From: a virus
Taxonomy: Duplodnaviria > Caudoviricetes
Length of the DNA stretch: 57,562 nt
Reading direction: 5' to 3' (one strand)
Virus record (IMG/VR): IMGVR_UViG_3300020021_000179
Coordinates: 1 to 57,562 of that record
Made by a program: the position numbers and the translations under genes. A model generated the notes under the pieces. That model had not been told where the DNA came from. It did no database searches and was given only the letters and a program-made list of their open reading frames with translations. Below are positions 9,584-19,104 of this stretch, piece after piece. How positions within the stretch are numbered: position 1 is the stretch's first letter; the number at the start of each line of letters is the position of its first letter.

Positions 9584-9603
9584 ACATTTAAAATAATTGA
9601 GTT

Positions 9604-10104
9604 ATGAAGGAAGTCATATTTAGACCTTTGCGCAGGATTAAAAAGATAAATAAAGTTACCGTAGCCTCTTACACGCAATGGCGAAAGGTGATGACTGCCG
9701 ATTATAATAAATTCAACCTTGTAATTGATGATGAGTATAAAAAATTTCCGATGGATGAATATGTTTATAATCACAAAGGTGAGCTACTGTATTTCTTCGA
9801 ATACAATCCGGGTGACGTGCCTGTTTTCCAATTTAATCCATTGTTTGATTTAGAGGCAATACGAGCCAGTAATAAGTATTACGGTATTCGATGGGATATT
9901 GATAGCCACATAAATTACAATACTCCATTGACTGACTGCGATGGCGTCCCAACCTTTTCTCATTGGACTGCTGATTATATTGCTGATTACTATAAGGAAG
10001 TAAATTATTTTGAACCGCTAACTGTTAAAGTAGTACTTAAATGGTTTGGGTGGTTCATTTTCCAGTTAAATAATTCATATCTAAAAATTGGTATAAACTA
10101 TTAA
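9604..10104 (+). CDS. hypothetical protein
   Basis: 166-aa ORF, aromatic-rich. Confidence 0.6.
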   Translation: MKEVIFRPLRRIKKINKVTVASYTQWRKVMTADYNKFNLVIDDEYKKFPMDEYVYNHKGELLYFFEYNPGDVPVFQFNPLFDLEAIRASNKYYGIRWDIDSHINYNTPLTDCDGVPTFSHWTADYIADYYKEVNYFEPLTVKVVLKWFGWFIFQLNNSYLKIGINY

Positions 10105-10108
10105 ACCA

Positions 10109-10510
10109 ATGAAACTATTCCTCCTTGTTTTATTATCAACGAATCTTCACGCCCAGCTCACAGGAGTCGACGGCAACGGCTCTCGCTGGCATCCCAAGAG
10201 GTACGCAACACTGGAGCGATGCCTTGATTTAGAGAAGTGGGATACGGTGCCGCATGCAATAAACGATTCTGCATATTTAGACAGTATTATTAAAATTGGG
10301 AATATTGGATGGGGATCAACGAATAGTGAAATATATGGGCCGCGTAATCTGACGTTAGGAATAATCACTGGGCCGGTAAGTTATGAAATCTACGACGATG
10401 CAGGTGCATGGTTAATCTGGAAGAAAGATTCCGACACTTTAGAGCTAATAAAACCCACCAAAGTGCATTGGTTGAAAGTAGGTAAGAAACTAATAAAAAT
10501 TGAACGGTGA
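10109..10510 (+). CDS. secreted hypothetical protein
   Basis: Signal peptide MKLFLLVLLSTNLHA followed by Gln. Confidence 0.6.
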   Translation: MKLFLLVLLSTNLHAQLTGVDGNGSRWHPKRYATLERCLDLEKWDTVPHAINDSAYLDSIIKIGNIGWGSTNSEIYGPRNLTLGIITGPVSYEIYDDAGAWLIWKKDSDTLELIKPTKVHWLKVGKKLIKIER

Positions 10511-10546
10511 AATGATAACCAGGATAGAGAAACATTTAAATATAAA

Positions 10547-10867
10547 ATGATGGGAAGCAGGATCGTCATTAGGAGGAATATACTTTTTAAGGCATCACCA
10601 CTTTGTCAAAAATGCGGTATTGAATTAGTTAGGCCTGAGGATTTGCCGAATTATTGGCCATCAAAGTATATTCCAATATACGAACAACCAGATAATATGG
10701 CGACCCTGCAACACAAATACTGCAAAGGGGATCGTAAAATACACCCTCATTGCCAACCAGATGAACAACGATGGTTTTTGTGGTGCAAAAAATGTAATAT
10801 GGAAGATGCGCAGGAATGCATGAAACGTCAAAAAAATGCTCGACATAATAGCATAAATAATTTATAA
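10547..10867 (+). CDS. HNH-like zinc-binding protein
   Basis: CQKCG, MATLQH, CKKCN. Confidence 0.55.
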   Translation: MMGSRIVIRRNILFKASPLCQKCGIELVRPEDLPNYWPSKYIPIYEQPDNMATLQHKYCKGDRKIHPHCQPDEQRWFLWCKKCNMEDAQECMKRQKNARHNSINNL

Positions 10868-10996
10868 CCCATCTGGAGGAAGAAGTTAAAAATTTTAAGA
10901 AATGACAAACGGAGATTACATAGTATTAGCGGCGATTATTATTTTCTATATAAAATTTGGATTACACGCAAAATCACCAAAAGATTAAACCAGGAT

Positions 10997-11497
10997 ATGA
11001 ACACAGATAAAACACCTCTCCCGACCGATGAAGAAATAGAACAGGCGGCAGATTTTTATACAAATAACATTGGAAGATTTGTAATGAGTAATGATATTGC
11101 TTTTGCCGAAGGCGCAAAATGGCTTCTATCCAGACTGCAACCATCCTCCCCCCAGACAGGTAGACAAGCCGTAGTCATCGAATCAGTAGGGGATCACATT
11201 ATCGAATGGGGGCTATCATTTTCAGATCATAACCCAGAGGCGAAGGATTATTTTAGAATGCATGACAAAGAAACCGCTTTCCGGTTGAAAGAATATCTCC
11301 ACCAAACCCCCACAGATAGAACATATAGCGAAGAGGAATTAATACATTTTTATAACTGGTTTTCGGAACAGGAACCAAGATGGGATACGGAATCAGAAAC
11401 ATTTGGAATTTACGAAAACAATAGTGGGCCTGAAACATTTTATACTGAAAAACAGATAATTGAACAATTCCTAAAATATCTAAACACTCTAAAATAG
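10997..11497 (+). CDS. hypothetical modular accessory protein
   Basis: TDEEIEQAA, FAEGAKW and TYSEEE modules. Confidence 0.6.
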   Translation: MNTDKTPLPTDEEIEQAADFYTNNIGRFVMSNDIAFAEGAKWLLSRLQPSSPQTGRQAVVIESVGDHIIEWGLSFSDHNPEAKDYFRMHDKETAFRLKEYLHQTPTDRTYSEEELIHFYNWFSEQEPRWDTESETFGIYENNSGPETFYTEKQIIEQFLKYLNTLK

Positions 11498-11503
11498 AAC
11501 ATC

Positions 11504-12181
11504 ATGAGTACGAATAAAGACGATATACACCCTATCCAATCCCACCAACCAACATCCAAGGAGAGAGAAGGTTATGATCTTGTCGCTCATCTGCATAGGC
11601 AAAAGAGGTTTTCAGTAGATACATTCGGCCCGGGAGATAGATTACTGGGAGTACTTGATCACATTCGCCGTGAGTTAAAGGAAATCGAATCTAATCCAGA
11701 GGATTTATCAGAATGGATTGATCTGGTATTATTGTCCTTTGATGGAGCGTGGAGACGCGGGTTTACTCCTGAACAGATTGCAAAAGCGTTGGCGGAAAAA
11801 CAATCTAAGAATGAAAAGCGCAAATGGCCTGATTGGAGAACTCAGGCAAAAGATAAGGCGATTGAGCATATTAAATCCGAACCAACATCCAAGGAAAACC
11901 TGACAGGGGAACAGGGAGTGGATGATTATAAGAAAAGATATCATCAAGCCCAAGAGGATGTGTGGAAACTTGAATCCGAAATCACCTCTCTCAAAGAGCA
12001 ACTAGCCAGTGCGGGGGCAGTAAGGTGGACGGACATGCATATGTATGCAGCTTTTGAACAGGGATGGGATAATAGTTATCGTGAGCATTTAAATAAACCA
12101 GGAAGCAAATCTCTTAATATTGATTTTGAAAAACTAAAAGAATCAATTTTCCTTAAACCCCAACCACCCATATCTAAATAG
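11504..12181 (+). CDS. DUF550 dATP/dGTP pyrophosphohydrolase (MazG-like fold) domain protein
   Basis: HLHRQKRFSVDTFGPG, LDHIRRELKEI, EWIDLVLLSFDGAWR, KNEKRKWPDWR. Confidence 0.85.
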   Translation: MSTNKDDIHPIQSHQPTSKEREGYDLVAHLHRQKRFSVDTFGPGDRLLGVLDHIRRELKEIESNPEDLSEWIDLVLLSFDGAWRRGFTPEQIAKALAEKQSKNEKRKWPDWRTQAKDKAIEHIKSEPTSKENLTGEQGVDDYKKRYHQAQEDVWKLESEITSLKEQLASAGAVRWTDMHMYAAFEQGWDNSYREHLNKPGSKSLNIDFEKLKESIFLKPQPPISK

Positions 12182-12367
12182 CAAAAACAAAATAGTATAT
12201 GAGAACTAGAATTTATATGGTTATATCCGATGCGTGGTACAAAAACGATATAGTGGAGCGCATTTATAATTATAATCTGTATCTCGGGAAAGACAAGCGG
12301 TACACTTATTACTACCCCATTTCATCACTTTATTTTATTGGATACCTCTAACCTAAAAACTAATTGT

Positions 12368-12580
12368 ATGAAGTATAAAATATTCGAAGTGCAAAGTTTA
12401 GGAGAAAAAAGGTGGTATGAACTTATGGTATTGCAAAAAGATGGCGAATTTAAATACATAAAAACATACGGATTGGGTGCATCAAAATGGAATAAAACAT
12501 TCGATAGTATGAAGGCCGCTATTAAGTGTGCTAAATATGAATTAAACAGCATTGAAGAATCAAGAAAACTAATTGTATGA
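12368..12580 (+). CDS. hypothetical protein
   Basis: ATG at 12368 preferred over TTG at 12338. Confidence 0.5.
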   Translation: MKYKIFEVQSLGEKRWYELMVLQKDGEFKYIKTYGLGASKWNKTFDSMKAAIKCAKYELNSIEESRKLIV

Positions 12581-12647
12581 CAAAAGAAGAAGCTGCTGCA
12601 CAGGAATTTCCTTTTCAGGAAAATGATTAATTTAAAGCAATTAACCA

Positions 12648-12893
12648 ATGATAAAACATTTAAACGATATATGGTCAGATGTTATGGCTGTTCAATGGTC
12701 TATAATGGTATTTACATTGTCTATGTATGGCTTATACTGCTGGATTTGGCCGTCAAAACAAGAAAAAGCAGGCCATATTGACATGAAAAGAACGGATATG
12801 GGATTTAAGATATTTGCTATTCAAGCTGTTTTATTGTTATGGTCCGCCGGCTTTTCATTTTATTTAATGCATAAAGAATTTCCAAATATTTAA
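12648..12893 (+). CDS. two-TM membrane protein
   Basis: Two hydrophobic segments. Confidence 0.55.
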   Translation: MIKHLNDIWSDVMAVQWSIMVFTLSMYGLYCWIWPSKQEKAGHIDMKRTDMGFKIFAIQAVLLLWSAGFSFYLMHKEFPNI

Positions 12894-12896
12894 ACC

Positions 12897-13190
12897 ATGA
12901 AAAAACTCTTATCCATCCTTCTTATTTGTGTTTGTGGGTGTAATTCAGTAATTAAAGCACCAACCAAACTAGATAGCTTACTGCAATCATCAAGGTATAG
13001 CGACACGGCGATATATTATTTATCAAAGCAATCCGATGCTATTTCAAAAGAAATTAAATACGGATTTGGAACAGATGGGGTAAAGCAGGACGTTGATAAA
13101 AGTCATATTTACGGCGATTCAGCAAGGCGTTATTGGTCAGACAGTATTACATATTTTGTCAAATTAGCCGATAAAATTAATCCGAAATGA
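12897..13190 (+). CDS. lipoprotein
   Basis: MKKLLSILLICVCG-C lipobox-like signal. Confidence 0.6.
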   Translation: MKKLLSILLICVCGCNSVIKAPTKLDSLLQSSRYSDTAIYYLSKQSDAISKEIKYGFGTDGVKQDVDKSHIYGDSARRYWSDSITYFVKLADKINPK

Positions 13191-13245
13191 ACCCCCAAGA
13201 ACTCCGTATCGGCAACTGGGTAATAGCCCAGATAAAATATCAACC

Positions 13246-13563
13246 ATGAACAGGCTGCAGATTAAAATAGTAGTAGTTATTCTGATCGGCCTTATGCTGG
13301 ATGTGATTTCCTACCATGCCATGTCCACCGATCCGATCAATTATACAAATATCGTATTAACCCGTTACGAACAGGGATGGGAAACGCCGGTATTTGTTTT
13401 AGGATACGCGCTCTGGCTTCTTGCAATGGTTTATGCCGGATTATCAAACCTTACTAACCGTAACAGTGATTCATGGGATACATGGATATATAAAAATGCA
13501 TACTATCTATTAATTCCTATCACAATACTCAATCTAATCGGCCTTTATTTTCTTTTAAAATGA
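13246..13563 (+). CDS. membrane protein (about 3 TM)
   Basis: Three hydrophobic segments. Confidence 0.6.
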   Translation: MNRLQIKIVVVILIGLMLDVISYHAMSTDPINYTNIVLTRYEQGWETPVFVLGYALWLLAMVYAGLSNLTNRNSDSWDTWIYKNAYYLLIPITILNLIGLYFLLK

Positions 13564-13663
13564 TAACATTCATCTGTATTTATTCCACGATGTGCCTGAT
13601 TATCGGAGGCCTTACCCTATGGCATTATCTCACCCACGAAGGTAAACCCAAGAAAAAACCTAA

Positions 13664-13882
13664 ATGATAAAAACCCAATTCCTAGGGATAAAACTAACCA
13701 AACTCAGAAAGAATAAAAACCTCACTCAACGCGAAATGGCCGCTATCATTAACATCCCGCTAAGATCATACCAGTCTTACGAGGAAAACAAATGCGAGCC
13801 GTGTCTTGCCATTCTGCTTCGGCTGTGCGCCTTTCATCAAATCAGTATTACCGAAACCGGCGACATCAAATGTGTTAAATAA
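13664..13882 (+). CDS. XRE-family HTH regulator
   Basis: LRKNKNLTQREMA, YQSYEENKCEP. Confidence 0.85.
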   Translation: MIKTQFLGIKLTKLRKNKNLTQREMAAIINIPLRSYQSYEENKCEPCLAILLRLCAFHQISITETGDIKCVK

Positions 13883-13962
13883 TTTAGTATTCCTTACCAA
13901 AGCATTTAGTTTTTTGGCGGTCACGTGAAACGCGAATAGTAGTTTTAACAAACGCTAATCGG

Positions 13963-14613
13963 TTGTTAGAGAAACGGGATCAGATCATAGGGGATTTATT
14001 CATCAGCAAGGATTTCAATGATTTAATAGGCAGGATTGAACCGGCTCATCTTCGCGACGATTTAAAGCAGGAAGCCATCTGCATTTTACTTGAACTCCCT
14101 TACGAGCGTGTCGAACAGCTTCACAGTAACGGCGAACTTTCATTCTACCTGGTTCGGTGCGTCTTCAATATGGTCACCAATAAGTACCATCCATTCTTTA
14201 AGAAATTCAGGGACGTTAATATAGAATATAAGGAAATGCTTTCCGAATCATGGTTTGAAGCCATTGATAATAGCGAAGACTTTTATAAGCCCGATGGATT
14301 TGCAAAGCGTCATGATTGCGATGAATCAGAAGCCTTTCGGGATAATGAACGCAATCAGAAGGAAGAACTGGAAGACTACACGCTTGAACAAATCGAAAGC
14401 CTGTACTGGTATGACCGGGATCTGATTAAAATCTACCTGCAAATCGGAACCTACCGGGGGATTCAGGGACTGACCGGCATCCCTTACCAGAGCTGTTACA
14501 AAAACATCCAAAAATCACTGGAGATACTCAGGCAAAAAGCACTTGCCCCTAAACCTATTTTCACAAAAGAGGAACTAAACTTTATACAAAATGGCGACAA
14601 AAAAGATAGTTAA
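13963..14613 (+). CDS. ECF/sigma-70-like factor (putative late-gene sigma)
   Basis: Region-2-like DDLKQE; region-4-like LYWYDRDLIKIY and TYRGIQGLTGIPYQSCYKNI; sits at the early/late boundary. Confidence 0.7.
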   Translation: MLEKRDQIIGDLFISKDFNDLIGRIEPAHLRDDLKQEAICILLELPYERVEQLHSNGELSFYLVRCVFNMVTNKYHPFFKKFRDVNIEYKEMLSESWFEAIDNSEDFYKPDGFAKRHDCDESEAFRDNERNQKEELEDYTLEQIESLYWYDRDLIKIYLQIGTYRGIQGLTGIPYQSCYKNIQKSLEILRQKALAPKPIFTKEELNFIQNGDKKDS

Positions 14614-15022
14614 AAAGAGGCCCGAACTGCTGGCTATATTCGACACGCGATTATCAAGCGGAGATCCGGTAATTATAGGAAATCCTGCAAAGAAAACACA
14701 CTGGATCAGCACGACCGTTCAGTACATCATCCTAGCCGCAATAGTGGTCTTATGCTTTCGGGGTTGTGATTATCACCTGCAATTCCCTAAGCTAACGATG
14801 AGCTGGTATATGGTCGTACCGATAGCCCTTTCACTGGCTTATGTCTGGGTGGATGTGTTCAAGATTGGAGTGGTAAAGCCATTTAACTGTATTTCTTGTA
14901 TGGCCGGATGGTTTAGTTTGATCATTGCCTTTGCCTTTCATGTTCCGCTGTGGTTCTTTTACGCATCGATCGGAACGTTTACTGGGGCTATTTATTCATC
15001 AATCCGTATGCGCTGGTTATGA
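14591..15022 (+). CDS. membrane protein with CxxC (DUF1360-like)
   Basis: KPFNCISCMAGW flanked by TM helices. Confidence 0.5.
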   Translation: MATKKIVKKRPELLAIFDTRLSSGDPVIIGNPAKKTHWISTTVQYIILAAIVVLCFRGCDYHLQFPKLTMSWYMVVPIALSLAYVWVDVFKIGVVKPFNCISCMAGWFSLIIAFAFHVPLWFFYASIGTFTGAIYSSIRMRWL

Positions 15023-16065
15023 AGATACTTTCTTACATACGAGCCAGTTCAGCGCCTTGCTACCATCGCCTCATAATGCCGATTATGATGATGGACAACC
15101 GGGATGTGCTGTTCGCAAACGAGTTCGTTGAGGAACATTATACTGATGAGCTGGATATTGTAATCTATAACCGGGTTATCGGAGATGAATATATTGACAA
15201 GATTAAGGTGCTTAGGGAAAAGTTTGGGTTTAAAATAATTGTCGATGTGGATGATATCTGGCATTTGGATGATCACCATATTCTAGCCAAATATTACATA
15301 GAAGAACAGTTCGCGGCAAGGCAGATAAGACAGATTCGTAATGCGGATATAGTCCTGACCACGCATGCCCGTATGGCGAAGTATATCAGTTCCTTCAATT
15401 CCAATGTTCATGTATGCCCGAATGCTATTCCACATCAGGGGCAGTTTGATATCACACGCGAAGAATCAGAATTCACGCGTCTGTTCTGGCAGGGATCTAT
15501 AACACATAAGGAAGATATACGAATCCTTACCCGGCCCATTGAAGCCCTTGGACCAGTGGCCGAACGAATTAAAATGGTTCTTGGTGGATATACGCGGTAC
15601 GACGACAATGAAACGCCAAAGACAGCAGAAGAAAAGCAGACTGAAGCCGAATGGAGTGAAATGGCTATGATCTTCACGGCCAAGGCGAAACATCAGTATA
15701 AGCTATTGCCACCCGAACCGGTAACGAATTATTACAGCATGTACGCCCATGCTGATATATGCCTTGTTCCGCTGGTTAACAGCTTCTTTAACCGGATGAA
15801 ATCAAATCTGAAGGTACTGGAAGCTGCAAACCTAAGCCTGCCCGTAATCGCCTCCGACGTGCATCCCTATAAGGATTTGCCAATCCGGTATTGCAAGCAT
15901 CCCAATGACTGGATCAAGCATATCACTGATTATTTAAAAGAACCCGAAAAGGCAAAGGAAGACGGATTGAGGCTTAAAGATTTCTGCAATGAGTTTTACA
16001 ATTTTTCAAAGATAAACCTTGAAAGAAGACAAATTTTGGAAAATTGTAAAAAACAGATAGCATGA
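15019..16065 (+). CDS. glycosyltransferase, GT-B fold (GT4-like)
   Basis: IIVDVDD, VHVCPNAI, WQGSITHKED, DICLVPL..SFFNRMKSNLKVLEA, PVIASDVHPY; ATGA-coupled start at 15019. Confidence 0.88.
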   Translation: MKILSYIRASSAPCYHRLIMPIMMMDNRDVLFANEFVEEHYTDELDIVIYNRVIGDEYIDKIKVLREKFGFKIIVDVDDIWHLDDHHILAKYYIEEQFAARQIRQIRNADIVLTTHARMAKYISSFNSNVHVCPNAIPHQGQFDITREESEFTRLFWQGSITHKEDIRILTRPIEALGPVAERIKMVLGGYTRYDDNETPKTAEEKQTEAEWSEMAMIFTAKAKHQYKLLPPEPVTNYYSMYAHADICLVPLVNSFFNRMKSNLKVLEAANLSLPVIASDVHPYKDLPIRYCKHPNDWIKHITDYLKEPEKAKEDGLRLKDFCNEFYNFSKINLERRQILENCKKQIA

Positions 16066-16295
16066 GTCCGGAAAACAAAGCAGTCTTTCAGGAATGCAGG
16101 CAATATTATTTAATCATGCTTACCGAGGGTAGGCCGCGCGGGATTTCATATCAGCAAAGAATGAACCTAGAAAAAGCAATAGCAGAAGAATTTCAATCCG
16201 GGTTCACGGCTAACCGGGATTGTGAAGCATGTATTAATTCAATGATGTCATTGGCCTATTATTATTACGATACTTATGAAGCAGGAAAACATTAG
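16062..16295 (+). CDS. small CxxC protein (paralog 1)
   Basis: EEFQSGF and DCEAC. Confidence 0.6.
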   Translation: MSPENKAVFQECRQYYLIMLTEGRPRGISYQQRMNLEKAIAEEFQSGFTANRDCEACINSMMSLAYYYYDTYEAGKH

Positions 16296-16635
16296 GTTTC
16301 TTCAAGACAACAGAGCTTGTTACCGCGAGGTAAGCAATGTGGTTGGTGGTCGTTCGGCGCAGATTGCCCACCGGATAACGGGTGAATTACTTCAGATACT
16401 CCGCGAAGAATTTATGCCCGGTTACCCGGCGCCACACGATTGCGGTAACTGTCTGTTTAATCTGGTTACCGTGCTTTATGAAAAGTTTGACGCATACATG
16501 GCAGCAAACCTGGAGCCGGTCGTGGTCGCGGCAACGTTCCCTAAGAATGATGCGCCTGCTGACCCGGACTATGCAGCGTTTCTGAAATGGAAGGCATCGC
16601 AAGGCAAACCGAAAAGGAAGGCAAAAGCAAAATGA
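16276..16635 (+). CDS. small CxxC protein (paralog 2)
   Basis: EEFMPGY and DCGNC; basic tail. Confidence 0.6.
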   Translation: MKQENIRFLQDNRACYREVSNVVGGRSAQIAHRITGELLQILREEFMPGYPAPHDCGNCLFNLVTVLYEKFDAYMAANLEPVVVAATFPKNDAPADPDYAAFLKWKASQGKPKRKAKAK

Positions 16636-16699
16636 CGTACTGGATAATAGGATTATTGTTACTGGCTGCCGTTGTGGCTACACCTAAAGCGAAAGACGA

Positions 16700-16915
16700 A
16701 TGATTATCAGAAAAGGATTAAGGTTTGAATCAAGAAACTTCGCGGCTAATATCGAAGTTCAGGAAGTTAAAAAAGAAACCAATGAAATCGTTTTACTTAT
16801 GATGCCAAGCGATAGACATGATTTTATAGTTACGTGGCCGTTGGATGAAGTGGTGAATGGATTTGTAACTAAAATATATAAAGAAATCGGAACGGAAACA
16901 AATTTTGGAATATGA
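16700..16915 (+). CDS. hypothetical protein
   Basis: Coupled ORF. Confidence 0.5.
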   Translation: MIIRKGLRFESRNFAANIEVQEVKKETNEIVLLMMPSDRHDFIVTWPLDEVVNGFVTKIYKEIGTETNFGI

Positions 16916-17109
16916 ATAAGATAGAATTATCACAGATTGCATCCAAACTCAAAAGTGATTGCATATCTCTATTGAGAAAATTTGAAGATGAAACAGGATT
17001 ACCAGCAAAGATTATTGCAGAAGGCAATTACAATCTTCAAAATGGGACGCAATATTACTCGTGCAATATAGATATACATATCAAATCATATCAAAGATTA
17101 GAGCCTTGA
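16912..17109 (+). CDS. hypothetical protein
   Basis: Coupled ORF. Confidence 0.5.
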   Translation: MNKIELSQIASKLKSDCISLLRKFEDETGLPAKIIAEGNYNLQNGTQYYSCNIDIHIKSYQRLEP

Positions 17110-17813
17110 ACCTGCACCATTTTTACCATATATACGCAGACGGTGATTGCGAAACGCCAATCCGGGAACACATCCGGGCGCTGAAAGAATCAGGACTCTA
17201 CGAAGCGCTTACTTCGTTCCATATCGGATTTGTTGGTCAGCCCCATAAGATTCAGGAGGTATTCAATTGCCTGAATTCTCTGGAAGTTGTTTTCCATGTG
17301 GCAGGTAAATCCAATGACGGATGGGAGCAAGTGACCATGATACCCATGTGGGAATTCAGTAAGATAAACGAAGGCGCTATTTTATATGCGCACACAAAGG
17401 GGGCCAGCAATCGCAGCGAAGTCAATGAACGATGGAGAAGGTCAATGATCTACTGGAACGTAATCAGGTGGCGGGATGCCGTGGCAGAGCTGGCAACGCG
17501 GGCAGAAGCCTATGGCTGTCACTGGATGCAACCTACGCTGAACATGCCCGAACATACGATGGGTAACTTCATGTTCGCCGGGACTTTCTTTTGGTTGCGT
17601 TGCGAAACGATGGCAAGATTTCCCAAGCCAGCTCTTACTCACCGGCATGAGGCAGAGGGATTTTGTGGCTACGGCTGGCATGAGAAACCGTATTCCGTTT
17701 ACGATCCAACGCCCTACTTTCCTAATTCAGCGCCATTCGCAGACCAGTGGGTAAATCATCCGCATGGTATTAATTCATTACCCGAATATTATCCACCAAA
17801 ATTTTATCCATGA
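17106..17813 (+). CDS. putative glycosyltransferase-like protein (YxHTKG family)
   Basis: HHFYHIY, ILYAHTKGAS, FAGTFFW, RHEAE; TTGA-coupled start at 17106; glyco-cluster context. Confidence 0.5.
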   Translation: MNLHHFYHIYADGDCETPIREHIRALKESGLYEALTSFHIGFVGQPHKIQEVFNCLNSLEVVFHVAGKSNDGWEQVTMIPMWEFSKINEGAILYAHTKGASNRSEVNERWRRSMIYWNVIRWRDAVAELATRAEAYGCHWMQPTLNMPEHTMGNFMFAGTFFWLRCETMARFPKPALTHRHEAEGFCGYGWHEKPYSVYDPTPYFPNSAPFADQWVNHPHGINSLPEYYPPKFYP

Positions 17814-17977
17814 TGAAGATTTTAAAACCATTGTTAGCAATTGGATTTGCATTATCCATATTGAATATGATAATCAATATCTGTAATCAAAATATAGAAG
17901 GCGCATTAGGATGGGCGGATTCTGTTATATATAGCTCTATCGCTATGTCATTAGCATATAAATGGATCAAGATATGA
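17810..17977 (+). CDS. small 2-TM protein (55 aa, not in ORF track)
   Basis: MMKILKPLLAIGFALSIL...AYKWIKI; ATGA overlaps on both sides. Confidence 0.55.
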   Translation: MMKILKPLLAIGFALSILNMIINICNQNIEGALGWADSVIYSSIAMSLAYKWIKI

Positions 17978-18708
17978 ATTTCTTACTTGGCGGACGCATG
18001 GGTGATCTGATTCATCAGCTTTGGGTGGTAAAGAATACCCCCGGACGACATGATCTATTCGTAACAGATAAACGCGAATTACATTCGGACGGGTTCCAGC
18101 TACCACTTAACGAAACGTGTTTGGAATTGTATCCGATATTGGATCGGCAAGATTGGTTTGGAGAACTTATTGACGAAGATATGGGATTGTTTAAAGAAGA
18201 CCAAACAGGCGAATACATTAACCTCAATATGTGGCGCAGATACGCTTACTCAGCAAGCTGGACGCCATTGCTTGCCAATACTTTCGGACTGCAACCCAAC
18301 GGAGAACCATGGATATTTTTACCAAAGATAACCGGGTGGGAAGATAAGATAGTCTTTCATTGCTCGGTTCACGCGGCCCGTCGCGGAGCCTGGAATATAC
18401 CGATAGACAAATACAACGATGAACGCGCTGTCTTCGTGGGCAACGCGGAGGAATATAGAATCTTTGGATACGAGATGGCATTCTATGAACCTAAGTCTTT
18501 ACTGGAGCATTTCAATATTATTAACTCATGCAAGTTCTTTGTAGGCAATCAGTCCATGCCGCTGGCAGCAGCGCATGCAATGGGAGTACCCAGGTTAGCC
18601 ATACTAAACAAGGTAGATGAAATCGCATACATGGGTGAGGAAAAATGGCATAAGAACTTCTATTGGATTTCGGATGGTAATTTTTTTTTCGAGGGTATAA
18701 ACTATTAA
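17974..18708 (+). CDS. GT9-like glycosyltransferase (heptosyltransferase fold)
   Basis: GRMGDLIH N-terminal motif and INSCKFFVGNQSMPLAAAHAMGVP C-terminal motif. Confidence 0.75.
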   Translation: MNFLLGGRMGDLIHQLWVVKNTPGRHDLFVTDKRELHSDGFQLPLNETCLELYPILDRQDWFGELIDEDMGLFKEDQTGEYINLNMWRRYAYSASWTPLLANTFGLQPNGEPWIFLPKITGWEDKIVFHCSVHAARRGAWNIPIDKYNDERAVFVGNAEEYRIFGYEMAFYEPKSLLEHFNIINSCKFFVGNQSMPLAAAHAMGVPRLAILNKVDEIAYMGEEKWHKNFYWISDGNFFFEGINY

Positions 18709-18738
18709 CGCGTTGGTTAATTTCTTTAACAAAGTAAT

Positions 18739-19104
18739 ATGCATCTTACTTCTGGTGATATCTATAAGCACCTTGTTGATAACCTTACCGGTAGGAATAA
18801 TTTATTTACTGAGCGGCGGGAAGAAACGGGAATTACCGTTATTGCCAATGATATGGGCAGCGAATCTAAAAGGAAATCAATGGATACAATAGCAGAATTA
18901 TTTGACAAGCTAACAATTGTGAATCTTAAAATCTTTAAGTATGAAGATATCAAGCGCATGCCGTGCGTACCGGACAAGGATATAGCGGATGCTACACGCG
19001 CAACCAATATACTCAATACGCAAAGAGGGCAATTAAAGAATGAAATCAACGAGTTTTTTAAATCCGGAACATCGGAAGTAAAATCATATGGAAAAACTAT
19101 TTAG
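18739..19104 (+). CDS. DUF4254/DUF6165-like helical protein
   Basis: AELFDKLTIVNLKIFKYED, NTQRGQLKNEIN; the true start may lie downstream. Confidence 0.55.
   Translation: MHLTSGDIYKHLVDNLTGRNNLFTERREETGITVIANDMGSESKRKSMDTIAELFDKLTIVNLKIFKYEDIKRMPCVPDKDIADATRATNILNTQRGQLKNEINEFFKSGTSEVKSYGKTI

Noticed and set aside
12261-12267. CATTTAT as a sixth late promoter
   Set aside because: No ACA 15 nt upstream and no ATG just downstream; lies within a probable small ORF.
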